DNA of 64,000 bases from contig NC_091994.1 of assembly GCF_044704955.1 (NCBI RefSeq), positions 93,000,001 to 93,064,000 on the forward strand, in the 5' to 3' direction. Position numbers and translations under genes: made by a program. The stretch comes from Pristiophorus japonicus. Taxonomy: Eukaryota. Shown in pieces: positions 1 to 11,494 of the stretch (within the stretch, counting starts at the first letter, position 1; every line of letters begins with the position of its first letter). Under the pieces are notes generated by a model. The model was not told the DNA's origin and did no database searches. It was given only the letters and a program-made list of their open reading frames with translations.

Positions 1-1570
1 CCGGTTAGTCTGCATCCCAGAGTACTTAAGGAAGTGGCCCTAGAAATAGTGGATGCATTGATGATCATTTTCCAGCAGTCTATCGACTCTGGATCAGTTC
101 CTATGGACTGGAGGGTAGCTAATGTAACATCACTTTTTTAAAAAGGAGGGAGAGAGAAAACGGGTAATTATAGACCGGTTAGCCTGACATCAGTAGTGGG
201 GGAAATGTTGAAATCAATTATTAAAGATGAAATAACAGCGCATTTGGAAAGCAGTGACAGGATCGGTCCCAGTCAACATGGATTTATGAAAGGGTAATCA
301 TGCTTGACAAATCTTCTGGAATTTTTTGAGGATGTAACTAGTAGAGTGGACAAGGGAGAACCAGTGGATGTGGTTTATTTGGACTTTCAAAAGGCTTTGA
401 CAAGGTCCCACACAAGAGATTGGTGTGCAAAATTAAAGCACATGGTATTGGGGTCAATGTACTGACATGGATAGAGAACTGGTTGGCAGACAGGAAGCAG
501 AGAGTCGGGATAAATGGGTCCTTTTCAGAATGGCAGGCAGTGACTAGTGGGGTGCCGCAGGGCTCAGTGCTGGGACCCCAGCTACTTACAATATATATTA
601 ATGATTTGGATGAAGGAATTGAGTGTAATATCTCCAAGTTTGCAGATGACACTAAACTGGGTGGTCGTGTGAACTGTGAAGAGGACGCTAAGAGGCTGCA
701 GAGTGAATAGGACTGGTTAGGTGAGTGGGCAAATGCATGGCGGATGCAGTATAATGTGGATAAATGTGGGGTTATCCATTTTGGGAGCAAAAACACGAAG
801 GCAGAATATTATCTGAATGGCGGCAGATTAGGAAAAGGGAAGGTGCAACGAGACCTGGGTGTCATGGTACATCAGTCATTGAAAGTTGGCATGCAGGTAC
901 AGCAGGCGATGAAGAAGGCAAATGGTATGTTGGCCTTCATAGCTAGGGGATTTGAGTAGAGGAGCAGGGAGGTCTTACTACAGTTGTACAAGGCCTTGGT
1001 GGGGCCTCACCTGGAATATTGTGTTCAGTTTTGGTCTCCTAATCTGAGGAAGGACATTCTTGCTATTGAGGGAGTGCAGCGAAGGTTCACCAGACTGATT
1101 CCCAGGATGGCTGGACTGACATATGAGGAGAGACTGGATCGACTGAGCCTTTATTCGCTGGAGTTTAGAAAGATGAGTGGGGATCTCATAGAAACATATA
1201 AAATTCTGATGGGACTGGACAGGTTAAATGCAGGAAGAATGTTCCCGATGTTGGGGAAGTCCAGAACCAGGGGACACAGTCTAAGGATAAGGGGTAAGCT
1301 ATTTAGGACTGAGATGGGGAGAAACTTCTTCACTCAGAGAGTTGTTAACCTGTGGAATTCCCTACTGCAGAGAGTTGTTGATGCCAGTTCATTGGATATA
1401 TTCAAGAGGGATTTAGATATGGCCCTTACAGCTAAAGGGATCAAGGGGTATGGAGACAAAGCAGGAATGGGGTACTGAGGTGAATGATCAGCCATGATCT
1501 TATTGAATGGTGGTGCAGGCTCGAAGGGCCGAATGGCCTACTCCTGCACCTATTTTCTATGTTTCTATGT
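1..1570 (+). mobile_element. CR1 LINE ORF2 (RT) and 3' end, degenerate, runs off the window start
   Basis: [32 protein letters not shown] motifs; stops and frameshifts; (TTTCTATG)n tail. Confidence 0.93.
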
Positions 1571-2079
1571 TGGATGAATTGCCGACCGCAACTTATGTGG
1601 AACGGGATGGTTCTTGAATTACTGGGACCCTGGAATGCCAGGATCTATTCACCAATCCGTCACTCCCAGCACCGAGCTCAGGAGATTAATTGGGTGGGTA
1701 GAGATCATGAGAAGGAAGGGTGAACATTAGGTGCAGAAGGAGTTGGATCCATAGCGCCAAGATTATTTTCATGTTTTGCACATTTTTCCTCCAATAAAAC
1801 ATTTGCTGAACAATTGGTTTCATGGACTCTGCTCTACGTTCAGGCTGACAGCCCCCTTTACTTTGGTTTACATCTCCCCTTTTCTCCCATTGCTGCTGTT
1901 AGTGCGAGTGGTCCAGCTCCTCTCTGCATTCCCCACTCCCCGGGAAAACCTCTGTCTGCCAATAAACCCCAGCATATGGGGGAATGGTAGGAAGCTATGT
2001 CACGCCTGGTGTGGGAACTTTGCCAGTCATCACCAGCGGGCACTGTGTCCTGGAGCTCAAAATGCCCGCGAGTGAATCT

Positions 2080-3580
2080 ACAACAATCTGTATTTATATA
2101 GCGCCTTTAACTTAGTGAAATGTCCCAAGGCGCTTCACAGAAGTATTATGAGATTTTAAAAAAATGACACCAAGCCACATAAGGAGAAATTAGGGCAGGT
2201 GACCAAAAGCTTGGTCAAAGAGGTATATTTTAAGGAGCTTCTTGAAGGAGGAAAGAGAGGTAGAGAGGCAGAGAGATTTAGGCAGGGAGTTCCAGAGCTT
2301 GGAGCCTAGGCAACAGAAGGCACAGCCACCAATGGTTGTGCGATTATAATCAGGGATGTTCAAGAGGGCAGAATTAGAAGAGCGCAGACATCTTGGGGGT
2401 TGTGGGGCTGGAGGTGAATACAGAGATAGGGAGGGGCGAGGCCATGGAGGGATTTGTAAACAAGGATGAGAATTTTGAAATCGAGGCGTTGCTTAACCGG
2501 GAGCCAATTTAGTTCAGCGAGCACAGGGGGTGATGGATGAACAGGACTTGGTGTGAGTTAGGACACGAACAGCAGAGTTTTGGATCATCTCAAGTTTACA
2601 TAGGATAGAATGTGGGAGGCCTGCCAGGAGTGCGTTGGAATAGTCAAGTCTAGAGGTAATGAAGGCATGAATGAGGGTTTCAGCAGCGGATGACCTGAGG
2701 CAAGGGTGGAGATGAGCGATGTTACTGAGTGGAAATAGGCGGTCGTAGTTATGCTGTGGATATATGGTTATAAGCTCATTTTAGGGTCAAAAGTGACACC
2801 AAAGTTGCGAAAAATCTGGTTCAGCCTCAGACAGAAGTTGAGGAGAGGGATGGAGTCAGTGGCTAGCGATTGGAGTTTGTGACTGGGACCGAAAACAATG
2901 GCTTCGGTCTTCCCAATATTCAATTGGACAAAATTTCTGCTCATCCAAAACTGGATGTCAGACAAGCAGTCTGACAATTTAGAGACCGAGGAGGGGGTCA
3001 AGAGAAGTGGTATTGAGGTAGAGCTGGGTGTCATCAGCGTACATGTAGAAACTGACGCTGTGTTGCTTTCAGATGATGTCGCCAAGGGGCAACATGTAGA
3101 TGAGAAATAGGAGGGGGCCAAGGATAGATCCTTGGGGGACACCAGGGGTATTGATGCGGGGGCAGGAAGAGAAGCCTTTGCAGGTGGTTCTCTGTCTACA
3201 ATTAGATAGATAAGAATGGAACCAGGCGAGTGCAGTCCCACCCAGCTGGACGACGGTGGAGAGGTGTTGGAGGAGGATGGAGTGGTCAATTGTGTCAAAG
3301 GCTGCAGACAAGTCAAAAAGGACAAGGAGGGATAGTTTGCCATTTGTGACTTTGACGAGAGCCGTTTCGGTACTGTGGCAGGCGTGGAAACCGGATTGGA
3401 GGGATTCAAACATGGAATTGTGGGAAAGATGGGCACGGATTTGGGAGGCGATAACATGTTCAAGGACTTTGGAGAGGAAAGTAAGGTTGGAGATGAGGCA
3501 GTAGTTTGCAAACACGGAGGGGTAGAGCGTTGTATTTTTGAGGAGAGGAGTGATGATGGCAGATTTGAGGGAGAGGGGGA
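2080..3580 (-). mobile_element. L2-clade LINE, 3' part
   Basis: LQSGF..HSTETAL, DLSAAFDTIDH, GVPQGSILGP motifs; tail ...GCGCTATATAAATACAGATTGTTGT. Confidence 0.88.
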
Positions 3581-4190
3581 CATATACAACAGACACCTCA
3601 AAACGCTGGAGAAGTACCACCAGCGCTGCCTCCGCAAGATCCTGCAAATCCATTGGCAGGATAGATGCACCAATGTCAGTGTTCTCGCTCAGGCCAACAT
3701 CCCCAGCATCGAAGCACTGACCACGTTTGATTGGCTCTGTTGGGTGGACCACATTGTCTACATGCCCGACATACGAGACTCCCAAAGCAAGCGCGCTACG
3801 TGGAACTTTGACACGGCAAGCGAGCCCCAGGTGGTCAGAGAAAATGCTTCAAGGACACCCTCAAAGCCTCCTTGATAAAGTGCAACATCCCCACCAACTC
3901 CTGGGAATCCCTGGCCCACGATCACCCAAAATGGAGGAAGAGCATCAGGGAGGGCGCTGAGCACCTTGTCCCATCGCCAAGAACAAACAGAAACCGAGCG
4001 TAGACAGCAGAAGGAGCATGCGTCAACCCAGGCTCCCCACCCACCCTTTCCTTCAACCACTGTCTGCCCCACCTGTGACAGACATTGTAGGTCCTGCTTT
4101 GAACTCCTCAGTCACCTGAGAACTCACTTTAGGAGTGGAAGCAAGTCATCTCAACTCCAAGGGACTGCCTATGATGATGATGATGATGAC
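3581..4190 (+). mobile_element. RTE-clade LINE 3' fragment inserted in the L2
   Basis: LEKYHQRCLRKILQIHWQD, C-terminal CPTCDR.C...L.SH.RTH zinc knuckle, (GAT)n tail at 4171-4189. Confidence 0.85.
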
Positions 4191-4476
4191 CCAAGGAGAG
4201 CGAACCGTTAACCATGTCAGCTAACATGGGAGCCAGAAAAGGGAGTTGGGGTGGTCAGCTGTTTGGTGGAAATAGGGTCAAAGGAGCAGGAAGTGGGTCT
4301 CGTAGACAGGATGAGCTCAGAAAGGTCATGAGGGGTCGGAAAGGTCATGAGGGGAGATCGAAGAGAAACTGGAGAAAGATGCGGCTAGGGCAGGGGGGAT
4401 CCTTAGACGAAGGTTGGCCCAATGGGCTAGGGGAAGGAGGGGAAGAGGCAGAGGTGGCCCAATGGATGGTCTCAAT
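4191..4476 (-). mobile_element. L2 LINE middle segment
   Basis: Continues the interrupted L2 (PCSFDPISTK-like motif on the minus strand). Confidence 0.7.
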
Positions 4477-5276
4477 GTTGGAAAGTGTGAGGTCATGCAC
4501 TTTGACAGAAAAAAATCAAAGAGCAAGTTATTATTTAAATGGAGAAAGATTGTAAAGTGCTGCAGTACAGCGGAACCTGGGGGTACTTGTGCATGAAACA
4601 CAGAAGGATAGTATGCAGGTACAGCAAGTGATCAGGAAGACCAATGGAATCTTGGCCTTTATTGTAAAGGGGATGGAGTATAAAAGCAGGGAAGTCTTGC
4701 TACAGCTATGCAAGGTTTTGGTGAGGCCACACCTGGAATACTGCGTGCAGTTTTGGTTTCCATATTTACGAAAGGATATATTTGCTTTGGAGGCAGTTCA
4801 GAGAAGGTTCACTATGTTGATTCTGGAGGGGGTTGACTTATGAGGAAAGTTGAGTAGGTTGGGCCTCTACTCATTGGACTTCAGAAGAATGAGGGGTGAT
4901 CTTATCGAAACGTATAAGATTATGAGGGGGCTTGACAAGGTGGATGCAGAGAGGATGTTTCCACTGATAGGGGAGACTAGAACTAGAGGGCATGATCTTA
5001 GAATAAGGGGCTGCCCATTTAAAACTGAGATGAGGAGAAATTTCTTCTCTCAGAGGGTTGTGAATCTGTGGAATTCGCTGCCTCAGAGAGCTGTGACGCT
5101 GGGACGTTGAATAAATTTAAGACAGAAATAGAGAGTGTCTTAAACGATAAGGGGTTATGGGGAGTGGGCGGGGAAGTGGAGCTGAGTCCGTGATCAGATC
5201 AGCCATGATCTTATTGAATGGCGGAGCAGGCTCGAGGGGCCAAATGGCCTACTCCTGCTCCTATTTCTTATGTTCT
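4477..5276 (+). mobile_element. 5'-truncated CR1 inserted in the L2
   Basis: [34 protein letters not shown] motifs; TTCTTATGTTCT tail; AAT at both junctions. Confidence 0.92.
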
Positions 5277-5590
5277 AATCTTAGAGACAAAGAAGTCCAT
5301 GAGCTCCTCACACTTATTGTCAGAGACGAAGGTGGAGACTGGGGAGAGGGGTTTAAAAAGATGGTTAGCAGTGGAGAATAGAAGCCGGGGTTTATCTTTA
5401 CATTCCAGAATGATGGTCCAGCTAGATCTGGTGGTGAATGGCTTAAACAGTTGTCCACCATATCCGTTCAAGTTTGTGTGCCTTGGACTTGAGGGAGCGA
5501 AGATCAGGGCTGTACTGGGGGAATGGCCAGGGTGAGAGAGAGTAATTGTTTCAACAGGGACTAGGGCTTCAAAAGTGATGGTGAATCTAA
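5277..5590 (-). mobile_element. L2 LINE upstream segment
   Basis: PRLLFSTANHL..CEELMDFFVSKI joins ETI at 4473 once the CR1 is removed. Confidence 0.8.
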
Positions 5591-5849
5591 CCTAGACACA
5601 GCAAGACTACCAGAACATCAGTCTGAAACTTTCCTCCGTAAACTGTCATCTTAAGATGTTCCATTTGTGTTTGCCCCTCACACTTCTCACAAGTTTCTGT
5701 TTGTTTATTCAGCACTTTCTCAGTTTCTGAAAAACAAATATTTTCCATTCCACTCGTTTCAAATTTCAAAACTAACAAGCAAAGGATGTGATCATAATAA
5801 CCAGGCAGTTTATAAAACACAGGCCATAGACAGGGGCCTACAGCCTGCG

Positions 5850-6220
5850 ACAGGGCCCTGCCCTCACTCCCAGACCCCAAAACAGTGACCTGCCCTTACT
5901 CCCAGAGCCCTCGAGACAGGGGCCTGTCCTCAATCCCAGAACCCGAGAGAGAGAGAGGCCTGTCCTCACTCCCAGAGCCCCCGAGACCGGGGCCTGTCCT
6001 CACACTCAGACTCCGAGACAGGGACCTGCCCTCACACTCAGACTCCGAGACAGGGACCTGTCCTCACTCCCAGAGCCCCCGAGACCGGGGCCTGTCCTCA
6101 CACTCAGACTCCGAGACAGGGACCTGCCCTCACACTCAGACTCCGAGACAGGGACCTGCCCTCACACCCAGACCCCGAGACAGGGACCTGCCCTCACACC
6201 CAGACCCCGAGACAGGGGCG
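5850..6220. repeat. ~30-bp minisatellite (GAGACAGGGACCTGCCCTCACACTCAGACTCC)
   Basis: About 11 tandem degenerate copies. Confidence 0.9.
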
Positions 6221-7469
6221 TCCCACTTCTTGTTACTCACTAAACCAAAATGACCCAATTAAGATTGGAAGTAGTAAACCCCAATGACCCAATTCCAGGC
6301 TGTCAGCTGCCAATGTGATCGTCTCACTTTAATCGCTCGGCTTTCACTGACATCTCTGTTACACCACCGGGGGTAATGTGGTTTCCAGATTGGCAGCGAG
6401 GAGCCAGCTTGGAATCAGCTCCAGAGCAAACCGCTGAGATTTCATACATTTAACCACCTTAAGCAATAAAATCTGGGCTTTCTGTTTTTAAAACAACTTG
6501 CGCGGATATGAACGGAACTGTTTGGGTCTGAAATATTCCCAGGATATTCCCAGGAGACTATCAGCCCCATGGAGTATTTACAGCTCTGTGCTTTACCCCA
6601 ATAATCCCGAGCCACTCTCCACACTGGGCCAGATCTGGATGAAACTCCTCTTTGAAGGAGCTTGGTTCAGTATTTGCTTTTGCCAGGGGATAAAAATTCT
6701 GCTCGTTCTCTTTCTCTCTAGATTTTAAACCTGTGCTCTTCACATCGACTTCATCCCCACCTCAGCCATTAAAATATCTAGACCATATTCCGCCCCTCTC
6801 CCCCCCTCCCATCGAAAAAACAGAAATAATTAGTGGACTGCAACAAGGGGACGAATTCTCGAGAGCTTCCTGGGTTTATAAATGGGTGACTCGGCAGTGT
6901 AAACCGTGTCAAAGCACATCATTGCAGAATTTGCACAAATTTAAAGAGCAGTGACAGATAAAACCCGACCCAGCTTTAACCCCCACCCACACCAGGCAGG
7001 AATTCATGGGTTGGGGGGGGGGGTGTGGCGGGGGCTTCACTTCATAAAAAGCGATGAAACAAATAAAAAATTTAAACCAAGTGTTGAAAATTAATGTCAG
7101 TTTCACATATAAACTGATTACTCCAGTTCCTGCTCCTGAAGTTCATTCCCAGTTATATTTGAACTTCTTACCCCAATTCCTGATCCTTATTGAGCCTCAG
7201 TAACTCACCCCGATCCTGATCCACAGCCAGCTCTGTCTCCCGGTTCCATTCGCAATCCTCATGGTGCCGAGCTCCAGTTCCAGCCTTGAACTGATTCTCA
7301 GAGTCTCGGTGAAGCTGGTTTTGAATCCGGCCCACACACTTCTCAGAACAACACTTCACTGAAATCGATTCGCTTACTGAGATTCAAATGATTGTGAGAA
7401 ACAAGCAATGTGTGCAGGGGAGGAAACAGGAACAGGCAGAACCACAACCAGAAACACTTCGAGACCGTG

Positions 7470-7857
7470 TTAGAGAGAAAGGGGCAGGCAGAGTGACTTA
7501 AGAGATGAAGGGATGGAGAGAGCCAGTGGGAGAGGTAAAAAAATAGAGAGATAGAGTGTGACAGAGACATAGAGTGGCAAAGACAGAGAGTGACAAGTAT
7601 GATGGAGTGTGAGAGAGAGAGAATAGCAGAGTAACAGACAGGACAGACTTATACACAGACACAGAGAGATATGGAGAGAGACAGTGACAAGGGGCAGAGA
7701 AACTGAGAAGGGAGAAACAAGGAAGGAGTTGGAGAGAAATGGAGAGATAGTGACAGAGACAGGGAGAAAGAGAGTGAGAGATAGAGACCAAAGTGTGACA
7801 AAGAGGGAGTTGGAGAGAGAGAAGCATAGAGATACAAACGGAGAGGAGGAGACAAAA
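7470..7857. repeat. GA-rich low-complexity tract
   Basis: Degenerate (GA)n/GACAGA. Confidence 0.8.
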
Positions 7858-8337
7858 GGGTCGAAATTCGGTCCCGCCGTTTTTGAGGCCGTGACACTGG
7901 CTGAGTGCTGATTTTAGCGGCAGGCGGTAGGTGCCCAAAGATGAAAGAGCAGCACTAAAAATGGCATCGCACACTCACCCTCAGGCGCCAATGGAGGCCG
8001 ATTGAATTTCCCGACGGTTGGCTGCGAGATGAAAGAAATGAAAAGAAATAGTTCCCTGGACGCTCCCGCCCCGGGATCCCCGATGTCGCACCTTTCCCAG
8101 GCTGGTACGGATGCCTGCCGGTAAGGCCACCGTACTTACCTAATTTCGCGGCCGCCATGGCAAGGGGGTGTTGCCCACTCGATGATGCCACCACGTGGGT
8201 GGCAGCCGAGCACGCAGGGGTACATCTTGGCACCGCCCCCACTGCCCAGCTACATTTACCGTTAGCCGAGGAACCCGGTCACTGCCGACGGTAAGGACTT
8301 AGCCGTCCGTTAGCCGCCCCTCTCCGAATTTCGACCC
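7858..8337. mobile_element. GC-rich non-autonomous TIR element (MITE-like)
   Basis: Perfect 14-bp inverted termini GGGTCGAAATTCGG (7858-7871) and CCGAATTTCGACCC (8324-8337); CpG-rich interior. Confidence 0.75.
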
Positions 8338-9563
8338 CAAAGTACGTATGTATAGAGGGCGGTGAGGATGATGAAAAAATGTCCAGCAACATATTCATTA
8401 ACAGGACACGGACACATTATAAAATGAACACAAAAGCTTAATAAATATGAAACTTTATACATTATTAAGGAAAGAACATTATTGCTGGTTTAAGGAAAGC
8501 AGCTGCAGACTGACAGAGGAGGAGCCCTCGGTCTCCACATCACAGGAACATCTCTCTGCTTCCACCGTGTAGAGGAGCTAACGGGTTTGATGAAGAGGCT
8601 TTCATTCTGCGAGGGGCTCAGTACAGAGGTGGGGATCTGAGGATGGGGCATTCTGGTTTTGAAATCTGCGAGGGGAGGTCTTGTGTTAACCAGAACAGTG
8701 ACTTAGTCCAAGTACAATGTCCACACAGGCTTCAACAGGAGTCACCGGACAGCGATCAGGTCCAGGAACCCTGGCTGGCTTTTCCCTTCCCTAACCCAGG
8801 GGGCACGGGGGATTGTGACACCCCCTCCTGCCCGCCCGGCCGAGACCACCTGACTCAGCACAGACTGAGGATGGAGCCTGGGACTCAGTATGTCACGGGG
8901 TGGGGCAGTGACCTACCTGTCCTGTGCAGCCTCACTTTGCTGCAAAGTCCCTTACTCCGCCGAGAGTCACAGTGGTGACACTTCCTCGGGTCCCCACCAG
9001 CCCTATGACCACTGGACAGACGGACGAGCTTATAGATGCCTCAGCCACATGTTGTTGCTCAGTGCTAGTCCTTGCTCAGTCACGTGGCTGTCTGCAAGGA
9101 AGGGAGGGGAGGGGGAGAGGAGAGGGGAAGGGAGAGGAGAGAGGGGGAATGGGAATGGGAGGGGTGGCTAGAGGAGGGGAGAGGGGAAGAGGGAGAGAGA
9201 GGGGCAGAGGAGATGAGAAAGGGAGTGGAGAGGAGAAAGGGAGAAGGGATAGGAGAGAGGGGAGGTGGGGAGGTAGGGAGATGATTCTCAGTAGGAGGGA
9301 TCCCAGGGTCAGGTCACCAGCCTGACACACACTTTCCTCGCCCTCGCAACACTGAGTCCATGTGTAAAGCATCTCGAGCACACATTGCGCCTCTGCCCAC
9401 TCGGTCTGTAATAGGTCATGACATGCTCAGTTCCTTTCTGAGCACGTGCAGGAATGTTCCACAGAGAGCGAGATGGGACCTTCAGAAGGTCAGAGTTCAA
9501 GTTCCATGTCAGTCCGTCCGTCATAATTCCAGGTCCCGCTGTTCATGCCCACTGAACACAAGG

Positions 9564-9573
9564 CTATACCTCC
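9564..9573 (-). CDS. PLEKHG5: Terminal coding segment (S)-E-V-stop, class I PDZ-binding motif
   Basis: Minus strand reads ctctctccttcattaacag|G GAG GTA TAG and completes TC+G=Ser from the previous exon. Confidence 0.85.
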
Positions 9574-11462
9574 CTGTTAATGAAGGAGAGAGGGATTGTT
9601 CAGAACAAGATAGAACATCTTAGCATTATATACGTAACAAGGAGAAATTTGCAGTTGTCTGGAAAGAGCAGAGGAGTGGAACTACTTAGATCGCTCTTTC
9701 AGTGAGCCAACATAGGCCAGATGGGCCAAATGGCTTCCTTCTGTGCTGTGAGATTCTAGGACAAAAATTGTTTCTTCACCACTAACAGCAGAAGACTTTC
9801 AGGAGCGTATGGGAGGGGGTGGAAGAGTCACCTGGGGGGGGTTACCTGGGGGGGGAGGGGGAAGAGTCACCTGGCCGGGGGGGGGGGGGGGTGGTGGGGG
9901 GGTGGGGAGATGGCGGAAGAGACACAAGGGGATGGGGGAAGAGTCACTGGGGGAACCAGACTAATTCCTCCTCCCTGACCTAGGGGCACTGAGCCCAACT
10001 GTGTCACTCCCGCCCACCCTAAGGGCGGGGGAATCAGTGAACTTGGAACAGAGAGGTCTGGGCCTGGGGCTGGGAGGGTGAACAGCCTGCTAACACATAC
10101 AAAGAGTGGCCTCCTAATCTGGGATCGGAGGGCAGTGTCCGTGGAAACATAACCAACGGAGGCACTGAATGCCTTCAGGGGAGTGGAAACCGGAGGGATC
10201 AAAGATTCAGCGATAACCCCTGCCACCCCTCTACTTCACCCCCAGCAATCCGCTTCCACCGACCTCTTCCCTCCATCCCCTCTCTCAGCCCCTCCCCCAC
10301 CATCTCCCTCCAGCCCCCCCAAATCCCCCACCCGTCCCTCCCCCCCTCCCTCCCCTCCCCTCCCTCGGGGAGCGGTCACGTACGATGCTGTCAGTGTGGA
10401 GTTCAGGAGCAGGGTGGTCCGTATTCTGTACAGTTGTGCCAGGGTCAGTTTGCGGTGGTGCCCGGGCTGAGGGTCCGACATTGTCCGTTTGGCATGTTCG
10501 GAGGCACTGCTGCCCCCCAGCTGCCCCGCAACATCCTCCTCCTGACCGCAGTGGGCAGTGAGCCCGGCAGCCACATGCCGAGAGTCCAGCTCACTTTCTG
10601 TATGGGAGCGCGACAGTGTGCAGGGCTGGGAGCCAGGGTCGGAGCTCGGTCCACCGACAAGGTAGGCCGGCTGCTTCACAAAGTTCAGCTCCTCCACCTC
10701 CGAGAGCTCGCTGTCGCTGGTGCTCGCTCCCTCGGTGTCCACATCCCGCGCTCTCCTCCCTCGGGAGCGAGAGTGCGGCGCTGCCCTCAGCTGCTGTGCC
10801 TGGGCTCGCTTCAGAATGTCCATCACCTTGACGGTCCTGGGAGTGGAGTCGGCCGCCCTGCTCAATACCTCCTTGTCGGAGGCTGACCGTTGGACAGTTC
10901 CTGTTGTGGGCACACGGAGTTCGGTCATGCTCTTGCTCAATGATGGCCGACTCGAAACGCGGGATTGCGAAGGTGAGTAAATGAGCTGGAGAAGACTGGC
11001 CTCCGATTTCGATTTGACAATATTGGATTTGCATCGCAGGGACTGGACCGGACTCTGCTGGCGAATCTGTGGCGAAGCCAACTGCTGGGACGGAGCCGGC
11101 GCTCCGTCTTCATCTGCCGACTCCCGCTGTCGCTCCCCAAACTCTCGGACCAAGCTCGGGGACAGGGTACCATAAGCGCTGTCAATGGAGGCCGAGCGGC
11201 AGACATCGCTGTCCAATACCAGGCCTTTGGCACTTGGAATCAGGAGGTCGGAGGGGGTCACGACCTGGTCGAGCAGCTCCTGGGTCGGGGTGCTGGAGGA
11301 CGCTGTACTTCGGAGCGAGGCGTCGTCGGACTGAGAAGTGAGGGCGGCTCTCTCGGTGTCCGGTGAGGAGAGATCTTCATTCGCATCGATGATCACAACG
11401 GAAACTATCTCTGTCGCACTGTCTGACTGACTGCAAGAAACAGAGAGACTGATTAATGAAAT

Positions 11463-11494
<32 letters not shown>

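Noticed and set aside
5704-5709. AATAAA on the minus strand as the gene's poly(A) signal
   Set aside because: Plausible (it would give a ~3.9-kb 3' UTR) but there is no clear downstream GU element and no transcript evidence.
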